Shown here in pieces: positions 10,099 to 18,852 of a DNA stretch of 64,000 nucleotides (its first letter is position 1; each line of letters opens with the position of its first letter). The notes below the pieces were generated by a model. The model was not told the origin of the DNA. It saw nothing but the letters and a program-made list of their open reading frames with translations, and made no database searches. This DNA comes from Spirochaetota bacterium. Its GTDB lineage: Bacteria; Spirochaetota; UBA4802; UBA5550. Location: the NCBI GenBank assembly GCA_963664815.2, contig CAXXHB010000002.1:384001-448000 (forward strand). Reading direction: 5' to 3'. The position numbers were made by a program, and so were the translations under genes.

Positions 10099-11553
10099 CT
10101 TAAGGTTTTGAGATCTGTCTGATTCAATATGATATGTTTTAAGTATCCTTCCACTGAATTGTTCGACCTTATCTTTTCGGAGAATAATCTTTTTTCCTGT
10201 ATCATCTTCAATGATATGATAAAGGCCGGTATTTTTTTCGAAAGAATCTATAAGATCACTCATTCCTGAAATTTTTTTACCATTTACTTTTTCTATAATT
10301 ATGTTATCTATATCATGGTATCCGAGATTTATTTCGTCAGCAAGAACCTTTGTAAGAATAATAAGCTGTTTTCGTTCTTCAGTCTGTACGCCATCCTGAT
10401 AAAAATTCAGAAGTTTTGTGGGAGCACTGAAAAACCACTGGCTACCCCATTCGAGCAGATAGTTTTTCGTCAATGGTGCGAAAATAAGACCTCCAATTAT
10501 GTAATAGGTAGGGGCTGTTTCAAACTGTTCAAGCGGTACAAGTCTTGTCGAATTCATGGGAACTGAGAGCTGAATTATTAAATCTTTAATTTCCCCGTTC
10601 CTTAGTATTTTAATTGAAAGAGAGTCATTAATATATTTTTTTTGTATAATATAATTAAAAGAAGTTCTCTCACCGGTTCTGAATTCTATTGATCCATCAT
10701 TTTCTATATTACAGTCATCTATGGCCAGAATGACATCATTCACATTCAGAATGTTTTTTGCTGGTGAGTCCGGGATCACTTTTACTACAAGTATTCCGTT
10801 CTGGTTTTGTTTCATCTGAAATTTTTCTCTTAAGTCTGGATTTTCCATTTTCTGGTAAGTTATTCCAAGCTCGGGGAATCCATTACATTTTCCGTCTGAA
10901 ATATCTTTAAGAAAATGACTAATTATTGGAGCCGGAACCATATAGCCAATATTTTCACCTCTTGCAGCTGACTGGAAAGCAACACCAATAATCATATTGT
11001 TGAATATCACAGGACCACCACTGTTTCCGGGATTAATTGCTGCGTCAATCTGGCATGTTAAAAGGTTGGCGCTGCTATGAGCGTAATTGCGCTGTTCAAT
11101 TCTTGACACAACTCCTTCGGTTATGCTCATTTCGTCTCCTCCGGTGGGGAAACCGTAAACAGCAACCTTATCCCTTACTTCAGGAAGCTTGCCGATTTTT
11201 ATTGGTGGCGCATCTTTAAAAAAAGCAGGGTTATCCACATTCAAGATGGCAAGATCGCAGTCATGTGAAATTGATGCTACGTGAGCTGTGTATTTAGTAG
11301 CTTCTCCGGCTTTTTTCACCTGTATGAATGTGTTATTGCTTATCACATGGGCATTGGTAAGTATCCTGTTTCCGTCAATTATGCATCCGGAACCAGTTCC
11401 GTTTGACTGACCACCCATCTGCCACGGATTGTCGTAGTTATAGTTGCTGGTAACCGTATATATTTTTACTACAGATTTGGCTATTGGCGTTTGGGCTGAA
11501 AGTAATGAAACATTAATAATTAGTAAAAGAAAAGAAATGAACAGTTTCTTCAC
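10081..11553 (-). CDS. HtrA/Deg-family serine protease with PDZ domains (Deg2-like type)
   Basis: Signal peptide, LTNAHV, CDLAIL, INPGNSGGP catalytic triad motifs; C-terminal YYIIGGLIF PDZ region. Confidence 0.9.
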   Translation of the reverse strand: MKKLFISFLLLIINVSLLSAQTPIAKSVVKIYTVTSNYNYDNPWQMGGQSNGTGSGCIIDGNRILTNAHVISNNTFIQVKKAGEATKYTAHVASISHDCDLAILNVDNPAFFKDAPPIKIGKLPEVRDKVAVYGFPTGGDEMSITEGVVSRIEQRNYAHSSANLLTCQIDAAINPGNSGGPVIFNNMIIGVAFQSAARGENIGYMVPAPIISHFLKDISDGKCNGFPELGITYQKMENPDLREKFQMKQNQNGILVVKVIPDSPAKNILNVNDVILAIDDCNIENDGSIEFRTGERTSFNYIIQKKYINDSLSIKILRNGEIKDLIIQLSVPMNSTRLVPLEQFETAPTYYIIGGLIFAPLTKNYLLEWGSQWFFSAPTKLLNFYQDGVQTEERKQLIILTKVLADEINLGYHDIDNIIIEKVNGKKISGMSDLIDSFEKNTGLYHIIEDDTGKKIILRKDKVEQFSGRILKTYHIESDRSQNLKLNSGK

Positions 11554-11907
11554 GGCAAACTCCTATAATAATTTATCAGATTTGTTAGAGTAAATTAACG
11601 GTGAGTATCTGTAAAATGAAATATGTTTATTTTTAATTTTTTTATGGTAAAATGTTATTTTCAGTCGATTATAACCAAAAAGGATTTTTATATTTATTTC
11701 AGTTTAACTGCATTTATTTCTATCCCCGTAAAGTACAAAAATATTTTAATTGAATATTAATGCGATAGAAAACAGTAAAATAAATTTTTTATTCGTATCT
11801 CTGCAGGATTAAAATCTTTTTGTTTTTTTTTGTAATATAGAGAATACATAATATATATTTGGATTCAATAATAATTTCTGAGCTTTTATAATAGAAAGAA
11901 TTCGATA

Positions 11908-11934
11908 CTCTCCGCCGATTTCGACGGCGGAGAG
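11908..11934. repeat. Isolated GC-rich hairpin (REP-like element or terminator)
   Basis: CTCTCCGCCG-ATTTCGA-CGGCGGAGAG, a perfect 10-bp stem in AT-rich DNA. Confidence 0.55.
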
Positions 11935-12042
11935 ATAAATTCATTTTACAATAAAGTATATTTTAATGAATTAACACGAATTCTGATTATTGATTTTAAG
12001 CTGGTATAATAAATCTCGTTTTTTAAAATATAAGTGAAAAAA

Positions 12043-12519
12043 TCAACCCAACAAATTAAGCGGAAGTTTAATAGCAGTAACTTCGCCTTTTGCACAGGCT
12101 GAACCTTCAACAGAAAGGACGGTGGAAATTTTAATTTTATTTTCATGGATCTCTTTTAATTTAGAAACAAATCTCAGATGCTGCCCATTTGGAGTTGGTT
12201 TTAAGTAATCAATTCTCAGAGAAGCAGTTACAAATCCATAAGCAGGTTCAGAATCAAGAGAAAGTCCATCCTTTTCGTAAGCCACAGCTAAAGCTGTTGC
12301 AATGCTATGGCAATCAATTATTGAAGCGATCAGACCGCCATAAACAAAGCCTTCAAATGCCTTGTGGTACTTTTCGGGCATAAAAGTACATATACATTCG
12401 TTCCCATCCCAATAACTTCTAATTTGCAGACCATGGTCATTGAGCTTTCCGCATCCGAAACAGTGATTAACTTTATCCGGATAATATTCCTGAATAGCTT
12501 TATTCATAAATGCCTCCAT
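12043..12519 (-). CDS. PaaI family (hotdog-fold) thioesterase
   Basis: HCFGCGKLNDHGL, VYGGLIASIIDCH, VTASLRIDYLKPTP. Confidence 0.9.
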   Translation of the reverse strand: MEAFMNKAIQEYYPDKVNHCFGCGKLNDHGLQIRSYWDGNECICTFMPEKYHKAFEGFVYGGLIASIIDCHSIATALAVAYEKDGLSLDSEPAYGFVTASLRIDYLKPTPNGQHLRFVSKLKEIHENKIKISTVLSVEGSACAKGEVTAIKLPLNLLG

Positions 12520-12544
12520 ATTTTTATAATTATTAAATTAAATA

Positions 12545-12727
12545 TTAGCCGAGATTATTAAGCATCATTCTTGGTTTATGTAAATTGTCATTACAGTACT
12601 TGCAAATTGGGTAATAACAATTTTCAAAGTTTCCTTTTGAATTGTAAATACAATGGTTTTTTCCACACCTTAAACATCCCAGGCAATCATCACATTTTTC
12701 TATTCCAGAAGAAATCTTCATCCCCAT
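12545..12727 (-). CDS. Small Cys-rich protein (60 aa, 8 Cys), putatively metal-binding
   Basis: ATG 12727 with AAAGGT RBS; MGMKISSGIEKCDDCLGCLRCGKNHC...CYYPICKYC. The longer ORF-track start overlaps ArsR and is unlikely. Confidence 0.55.
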   Translation of the reverse strand: MGMKISSGIEKCDDCLGCLRCGKNHCIYNSKGNFENCYYPICKYCNDNLHKPRMMLNNLG

Positions 12728-12752
12728 ATTTATACCTTTTATAATAAATAAC

Positions 12753-12771
12753 AATATAAGCATAAACTTAT
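12753..12771. promoter_or_regulatory. Putative ArsR operator upstream of the Cys-rich small ORF
   Basis: ATAAG-N6-CTTAT palindrome; shares AATATAAGCATA and ATAAACTTAT with the site upstream of the ArsR gene. Confidence 0.5.
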
Positions 12772-12788
12772 GATCTAAGGCAAAAAAA

Positions 12789-13136
12789 TTAGCCTCCGCA
12801 ATTGTAATCACATTTTTCACAATCTAAGTCATGATCACACTTCACAAATGCTTTTATAAAAAAGGCATCGATCTCTTTTTTTATTTCAAAGAAAATTGGT
12901 TTATTAATACTGTAAAACACACGAAAACCTTTGCGACTTTCATTGAGAACGCCTATATTTTTTAAAATTTTTATATGTTGTGATGCTGCTGGTTGTGATA
13001 TACCAAGCTTTTCCGCAACATCGCTGACGCAGAGTGTTTCATGCATATTTGAAGCCAGCATCTTTATAATTTTAATTCTTTTAAGATCCCCCATGGCTTT
13101 TAAAACTTCTGATAATGTCTGAATTCTGTTTATCAT
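12789..13136 (-). CDS. ArsR/SmtB family transcriptional regulator with Cys-rich C-terminal tail
   Basis: LKAMGDLKRIKII, LCVSDVAEKLGISQPAASQHIKIL wHTH; tail CDHDLDCEKCDYNC. Confidence 0.92.
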   Translation of the reverse strand: MINRIQTLSEVLKAMGDLKRIKIIKMLASNMHETLCVSDVAEKLGISQPAASQHIKILKNIGVLNESRKGFRVFYSINKPIFFEIKKEIDAFFIKAFVKCDHDLDCEKCDYNCGG

Positions 13137-13152
13137 ATTTTCCTTTAAATAA

Positions 13153-13189
13153 GAATATAAGCATATTATTATAAACTTATATTCGTCAA
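13153..13189 (-). promoter_or_regulatory. Sigma70-like promoter and overlapping palindromic operator of the ArsR gene
   Basis: Perfect inverted repeat GAATATAAG-N14-CTTATATTC overlapping TTGACG-N18-TATGCT on the minus strand. Confidence 0.55.
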
Positions 13190-13197
13190 CTCCTTTT

Positions 13198-13875
13198 TTA
13201 AATATTTATATTCTTTTTAATCAAGCGGATAAAATCAATTATTATTTCTGCTGTGAGACCCCATACAATACCATCTTTGGTTCTAAAAACATAGACATTT
13301 TCTGTAAATCTGCCCCAGGATTCTATATATCTTTCCGGAAGACCAAGTTCGCGTACAGGTAGATAAACAATTTCTTTGCCGGTCACTGGATCAATTTCTG
13401 AAGAAAACATCCTTATAAGGACTTTATATATTTCTGGTTTGGTTGTCATAAAATATGAAATGGGGATAGTGAAAACTTTTTCAACTTCATTTCGGTTGAT
13501 CTCAAGTGATGATATTTCAGCGTGCATTACACCTACAAAGATGCCGATTACAGCACCCATGGCTGCTACATATGTGTCAAGGCATCCCAGTATTTCTAAT
13601 GTTTCCCGAGATATACCAAGTTCTTCCGATGTTTCCCTTAATGCCGTTTCACGCGGGGAAAGGTCGGTGTTTTTATCGAACATTCCGCCAGGGAAACAAA
13701 CCTCTCCACCCTGGCGTATATTTGCATTCCTTTCCTGCAGAACAAAATGGTATTCACCATTAATTTCAGTGAGAAGTACCATTATTACCGATGTGGGATA
13801 TTGACCCTGTCCGTGAATTCCAGGAGTTTCAGGAAGTATTCTTATAATATCATCTTTTGTTATATTATTCATCAT
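13198..13875 (-). CDS. Nudix hydrolase, CoA pyrophosphatase type
   Basis: GEVCFPGG...ALRETSEELG Nudix box; IVWGLTA C-terminal motif. Confidence 0.9.
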   Translation of the reverse strand: MMNNITKDDIIRILPETPGIHGQGQYPTSVIMVLLTEINGEYHFVLQERNANIRQGGEVCFPGGMFDKNTDLSPRETALRETSEELGISRETLEILGCLDTYVAAMGAVIGIFVGVMHAEISSLEINRNEVEKVFTIPISYFMTTKPEIYKVLIRMFSSEIDPVTGKEIVYLPVRELGLPERYIESWGRFTENVYVFRTKDGIVWGLTAEIIIDFIRLIKKNINI

Positions 13876-14072
13876 AACCTTTCAAGATTTGAATTTATTG
13901 AGATATTGAAAAAAAGAATAATAGCTCCTATTTCTGAGTTAATTTCGATATGAAGAATATCTGAGATGAATACATCTCCGGTGAAAATGTGTCCGAAAAT
14001 AGGTGGAAGTTTAATAAAATTTAAAACCAGCTCAAACATTATAGTTATAATTATATTACCAGCTAATTCCAT
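13872..14072 (-). pseudogene. Degenerate N-terminal remnant of a CPA2/Kef-type cation:proton antiporter
   Basis: IKLPPIFGHIFTG...SEIGAIILFFNISINSNLERL resembles the KefB/YbaL pattern LKxPPIxGYLxAG...AEIGVILLLFxIGLExxLxxL; only 66 aa. Confidence 0.45.
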
Positions 14073-14328
14073 GTTTATTCTGATTTTTAAATATATTGAA
14101 AAGTAAAAAAATTCTACGATTTTTTGTCAACAAGTAACGCCGGACGGATATTTAAATAGAAGATTATGTTAATACTAAATATCTTTTCGGAACATGTTGT
14201 TTAGTTGAAACAGTTAGAATGTAAATTACAAGTAAATACTGATGATCTAGCCTGTTTAAAATTTTTAATTGAAATTAATTAAATAAATTGTGCATTGTAA
14301 ATTCAATCAGGAATAATGATGGAGAGCG

Positions 14329-15207
14329 ATGACATTAACATATTTATCTGTTATATTCAGTGCAGGGATATGGCTTTACCTTATTTACAGGTATGACAGG
14401 TTTGAGCCGGAACCTGTAAAATGCGTAATACTTGTCGGGGCTTTAGGGGGTTTTGTAAGTGCTACTCCTGCGGCTTTTTTGAATACCGCAGCCGTATCAC
14501 TGTCAGGTGTTGAGCGCTTCATTTACAATTCCGACAGTACAGAAGTTTCAGGAATAAATATTCTTTTCTTTTCACTTTTAGTGGGATTTAACGAAGAATT
14601 CTGGAAGGCCTTTATTGCGGTAATAATTCTGAAAAAACTCAAAGAGTTTAATGAACCGATTGACGGTTTAATATATTCTATGAGTTTAGCTCTTGGCTTT
14701 GCGGCTTTTGAAAATATAAGTTATACAGTTGCAGGTGGTTATGGAGTTCTTCTTCTCCGTTCATTCACTGCGGTTCCGCTGCATGCGGGGCTTGCTTCTA
14801 TATGGGGATCTGGAATTTCCAGAGCAAAATTTTATAGAGAGGAAAAATATTTCCGGACTCTGTTTCCTTATGTTACTTCAGCGGCAATGATTCATACAAT
14901 TTACAATTATATGCAATTTGTTTATTCCAATAGTCTGGTGTCTCTAATAATAGCATTGATTTTTGTATTTTTTATTATTACATATTCAGCGAATAAACTC
15001 AGATACTATCAGAAAGAAAGCCCTTTCAGAAGATCCGGTTTATGTTATCAGTGTGGTACACTGAATAATTATTTTGCAAAATATTGTAAAAACTGTGGTA
15101 GTTATATTGTCACAGATTATTTCTCTTTCTGTGTATCATGTGGAGCGCGAAACAGGAAGGGGGCTTCTTCTTGCAAAAGCTGCGGAGGAATGATAAGAGA
15201 AGTTTAA
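14329..15207 (+). CDS. PrsW family intramembrane glutamic protease with C-terminal double zinc ribbon
   Basis: EPEP, NEEFWK, GFAAFENI, H and HxxYN motifs; four CxxC pairs at the C-terminus. Confidence 0.88.
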   Translation: MTLTYLSVIFSAGIWLYLIYRYDRFEPEPVKCVILVGALGGFVSATPAAFLNTAAVSLSGVERFIYNSDSTEVSGINILFFSLLVGFNEEFWKAFIAVIILKKLKEFNEPIDGLIYSMSLALGFAAFENISYTVAGGYGVLLLRSFTAVPLHAGLASIWGSGISRAKFYREEKYFRTLFPYVTSAAMIHTIYNYMQFVYSNSLVSLIIALIFVFFIITYSANKLRYYQKESPFRRSGLCYQCGTLNNYFAKYCKNCGSYIVTDYFSFCVSCGARNRKGASSCKSCGGMIREV

Positions 15208-15313
15208 ATAATGGATATATTATGACCATCAAGCTGAAAAAAAATAAATTTAATTGATTTCTAAAGTAAAAGTTAATTTCATACAAATTATAAAAAAAAA
15301 AAGGATCCTGAAA

Positions 15314-16567
15314 ATGAAAATTGTAAAAAAGATTTTAATGTTCTTATTTCTTCTCCTGATGGTTAATAATTCCTATTCTGTAAATGTTAAGAATGTAAAT
15401 CTTAAAATATTCCCGTCAGATTATTCAATTCAAATAGATAGTAATGCTGTTGTTCCCCAGAAGGTAAACCAGTACCTGAAAAAAATAACACTCTCGACTG
15501 GAGAACATGAGTTTTTGCTGAAGTCGGAGGGATATAAGGATAAAAAAATTAATGTAATGGTAGATAAATCTACATCTGAGCTTGAGATCAAACTTGAAAA
15601 AAAAGATTCTATACTGGAACAGATTGCTGTTATTGAAACAGGGAAGCACCCAAAATCAGTGGAGTTTACTCCTGATGGGAAGTACATGGTTAGTGCTCTG
15701 CTTGAAGGAACCGGAGTTGATATTATTTCAGTTGAAACCTTAAAGCATTTTAAGAGGGTCGAGTTTCCTGAAAAATATGCAAAAATGAGGAATTTTGTGG
15801 AAATAGCTTTTCTTCCTGAAAAAAATGAGATGTGGGTTTCACAGATGTCAACAAATTCTGTTCATGTAATAGATATGAAAGATTTTACTTACAAATTGAC
15901 TATTCCCACGAAAGGAATATGGACAAAAATTGTTGCCTTTTCGAATGATCATAAGCTTGCTTTTGTATCTAACTGGGAATCTCATGATGTATCAGTAATT
16001 GATGTTGACCAGTATAAAGTAATTAAAAAAATAAAAGTTGCAGGAATTCCAAGGGGGATGGCTGTTACTGATGATAACAAATTTCTTTATGTCTGTATTT
16101 TCAGCTCAGGACAGATGCAGAAAATCGATTTGAAGACATTAAATATTGTTAAAACAATAAATTTCCCTCATGGCGCAAAAAGACATATCATCCTTGATAA
16201 AAAGAGGAATCTCTTTTATATATCGGATATGTACAGGGGGAGTATTTATGTATTAAATCCTGTTGATGATAAGATAGTCAAAGAGATTCCGGTTGATTCC
16301 AAACTAAATACTGCGGAACTTTCACCTGATGGAAAATATATTTTTGTTTCATCAAGAGGTCCCAACAACAGGGAATCATATCTGCTAAAGGGGCCAATAT
16401 TCGGGAAGGTTTTTGTAATAGATACTGCAACTCTGGAGATTAAGGAATGGATATGGGGGAGAAATCAGCCTACCGGTCTTGATGTTTCTCCAGATGGTAA
16501 GTACATGGTTTTTACAAATTTTCTGAATGATGAACTTGAACTGTATAGAATCAATAATAGTAAATAG
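15314..16567 (+). CDS. Secreted YVTN/YncE-type beta-propeller protein with PEGA-like N-terminal domain
   Basis: Signal peptide from ATG 15314; GEHEFLLKSEGY PEGA-like segment; repeated SPDGK/VSVID blades. Confidence 0.8.
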   Translation: MKIVKKILMFLFLLLMVNNSYSVNVKNVNLKIFPSDYSIQIDSNAVVPQKVNQYLKKITLSTGEHEFLLKSEGYKDKKINVMVDKSTSELEIKLEKKDSILEQIAVIETGKHPKSVEFTPDGKYMVSALLEGTGVDIISVETLKHFKRVEFPEKYAKMRNFVEIAFLPEKNEMWVSQMSTNSVHVIDMKDFTYKLTIPTKGIWTKIVAFSNDHKLAFVSNWESHDVSVIDVDQYKVIKKIKVAGIPRGMAVTDDNKFLYVCIFSSGQMQKIDLKTLNIVKTINFPHGAKRHIILDKKRNLFYISDMYRGSIYVLNPVDDKIVKEIPVDSKLNTAELSPDGKYIFVSSRGPNNRESYLLKGPIFGKVFVIDTATLEIKEWIWGRNQPTGLDVSPDGKYMVFTNFLNDELELYRINNSK

Positions 16568-16664
16568 TCTTCTTTTAAACAAAGTTTTACTAATACGGAG
16601 AAGAGATCAGGAGATATGCTACAGGTAATTTCCTTCATTTTTCCGTATTAATAATTTCAATCTG

Positions 16665-17246
16665 TTAAAGATATCGTTTAATATCGGTGACAATCATCCC
16701 GGCCCTTTTTGCAGCCAGTAATCCCATCTCTCCATCTTCAAAGACCTGACAGAATTCGGGTGAGACATTCATAAGTTCTGCGCATTTCAGAAATGTATCT
16801 GGATAGGGTTTGTGGTTTACAACGTCCTCTGCAGTAACTATTACTTCGAAATATTTATCAAAGCCGAGAATTTCAAGAGTTAGTTTTGCTATTGATTTTT
16901 TACCCCCTGTTCCAATAGACATAGGGAGTATATGGTGGAATTTTTTTACGATCTCTGCAACGGGCTCTATCAGTTTAATATCATTAATATTTCTTAAAAA
17001 GTGTTCCTCTTTCCTGTGTGAAAAGATTTCAGGATCGAGATTAAGCCCCATTTCCACATTTATCACTGGAACAATCTTGTGTGTGGGCATACCGGCAGTC
17101 TTAAGGAATTGATTTTCAGTATACTCAAAGCCGTTTTCTGCAGCTGTGAGACTCCATGCCTTGAAATGCAGCGGCATGGAATCGACGAGAGTTCCATCCA
17201 TGTCGAATATAAGACCTTTAGCATTTTTATCAACTTTAAGTTTCAT
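16665..17246 (-). CDS. HAD family phosphatase (YqaB/beta-phosphoglucomutase-like)
   Basis: FDMDGTLVDS, HKPYPDTF, VFED. Confidence 0.9.
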   Translation of the reverse strand: MKLKVDKNAKGLIFDMDGTLVDSMPLHFKAWSLTAAENGFEYTENQFLKTAGMPTHKIVPVINVEMGLNLDPEIFSHRKEEHFLRNINDIKLIEPVAEIVKKFHHILPMSIGTGGKKSIAKLTLEILGFDKYFEVIVTAEDVVNHKPYPDTFLKCAELMNVSPEFCQVFEDGEMGLLAAKRAGMIVTDIKRYL

Positions 17247-17740
17247 GACTTTTCCATAATTAGATTTCTGGCGATTATAAAAAAAGATAGTGATTGTTAC
17301 ACTGTACTCATATAGATATCACTGTCAAATAAATCAGAATTGTGAAAATTAACAAATTCAAAGTAAATATTTTATATAAAATCCTCCGTTAGCAGTATGA
17401 ATATTTCTGGATCAATTAACAAGGAAGAAGGTCTTTTAAATAAATTATTCCTGTTTTCATATGATGAAGTTTTGGTCAATTCATCTTTCTTTATAGAACA
17501 ATGTCCTGAATATTTTTTATTAATTAAATTACTTTAATCAGCGATGATTTTCTTTAACATTAAAAAGTTTTATTATAATACACGAAACTATTCTTTTATG
17601 CATTATCAGAAAAAAGCTTCAATTTTTTATTTCATAAAAAGGCAACTTTAATATTTTTTAATCAAACAGCATATGTTTGGTTTTTTTTCTTTATTAATAT
17701 ATTATTTTAAAAGAAAATAAATAATTCTGAAGAGGTTGAA

Positions 17741-18367
17741 ATGAGAATAAAGTTAAGAACATGTTTAGTTTTTATGTTTTCTTCATTTATGTTTATTAAC
17801 GGCTGTTCTTGCGGGAATGAAGGGGATATCCGTGAAAGTGATGGGAAACTCAGTAATATGAAAGATGGAATTTTAATGGTTACAAAAAAACGGGTTATGA
17901 AGAAACCTAAAACTATGTCTGAACTTAAAAAGTTTGTGGAGTATGATTCGGTATCTGAAACAGGTTATGGATCTGTTTATCTGGAAGAATTTGTCGGTGT
18001 GAACAATACAAACACAATAGGGGGATCCGGCAAGGATATAGCGTTTTATTATGATTTTTCTTTCAACGCGAAAGAATCTGGTATATGGGTTTTTGAGTTC
18101 GGAGTAGACGCGGGTATCGCATCCGGTTGCGTAATAGATGGCAAGGATTTATGGTTTGAAGCGGGTGATATCTGGACACTTGGGGATTACTCAAAAGTTT
18201 TTAAAAAAGACTTTAAATTAAGCAAAGGGTGGCACAGAGTCAAAATTTACGGATTAGAAAATTGCTGTGATGGAGTATGGCGTCTTCGTTATAAAAGTCC
18301 GTCTATGAAAGATTTGAAAATAGTATCAATACAAAATCTTGGAGTAATATGCCCGTTTAAGATTTAA
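17741..18367 (+). CDS. Lipoprotein with PA14/lectin-like 'CCxG' domain
   Basis: Lipobox-like INGC; GVDAG, DIW and LSKGWHRVKIYGLENCCDG motifs. Confidence 0.6.
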   Translation: MRIKLRTCLVFMFSSFMFINGCSCGNEGDIRESDGKLSNMKDGILMVTKKRVMKKPKTMSELKKFVEYDSVSETGYGSVYLEEFVGVNNTNTIGGSGKDIAFYYDFSFNAKESGIWVFEFGVDAGIASGCVIDGKDLWFEAGDIWTLGDYSKVFKKDFKLSKGWHRVKIYGLENCCDGVWRLRYKSPSMKDLKIVSIQNLGVICPFKI

Positions 18368-18852
18368 TTTGAGCTGATGGCCGGAATTAATTCTGTGACA
18401 AATAATTACCAGTCTGTCACTTTTCTCGATGTCATGATTATTTAAAACAGAGAGATCATGATGAATGAAAATAAATGGGAGTGGTTTACCAAACCCATTT
18501 AAATATTATTAGAAGAAATAAGCCATATCCGGATAAATTGAATAAATAGGAATTTATTTTTTTCAACAAAAAAATAATCACTTGCCCATTTTATAAAATA
18601 ATGATTAGATAACATAGTATCTGAGTTTGGAATATAATAATATTCTGAATTTTTTTGTGAAGAATAAAAACTTGACTCTACATTATACTGCGAAAACAGT
18701 CGTAATTACAAATTCCATATCATATAAAGATAATAATAAATTCTTAAGTTCTCCAGTTTCAAGTGATATGCTGTTATATTCTGAAGTATATAACCTGCCG
18801 GGATTTTTACAGACGGTTATTTAAATAATTGTTAAACTTTAAGGAAATAAAA

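Noticed and set aside
12545-12727. Cys-rich peptide as a RiPP precursor
   Set aside because: No radical SAM, YcaO, lanthionine synthetase or peptide exporter gene nearby
17372-17520. Possible ABC-ATPase relic on the minus strand (…SLLIDPEIFIL…)
   Set aside because: The similarity is limited to a few residues and cannot be supported by eye
18627-18824. 65-aa ORF upstream of pcrA
   Set aside because: TTG start, weak RBS and no recognisable motif; likely promoter-region DNA
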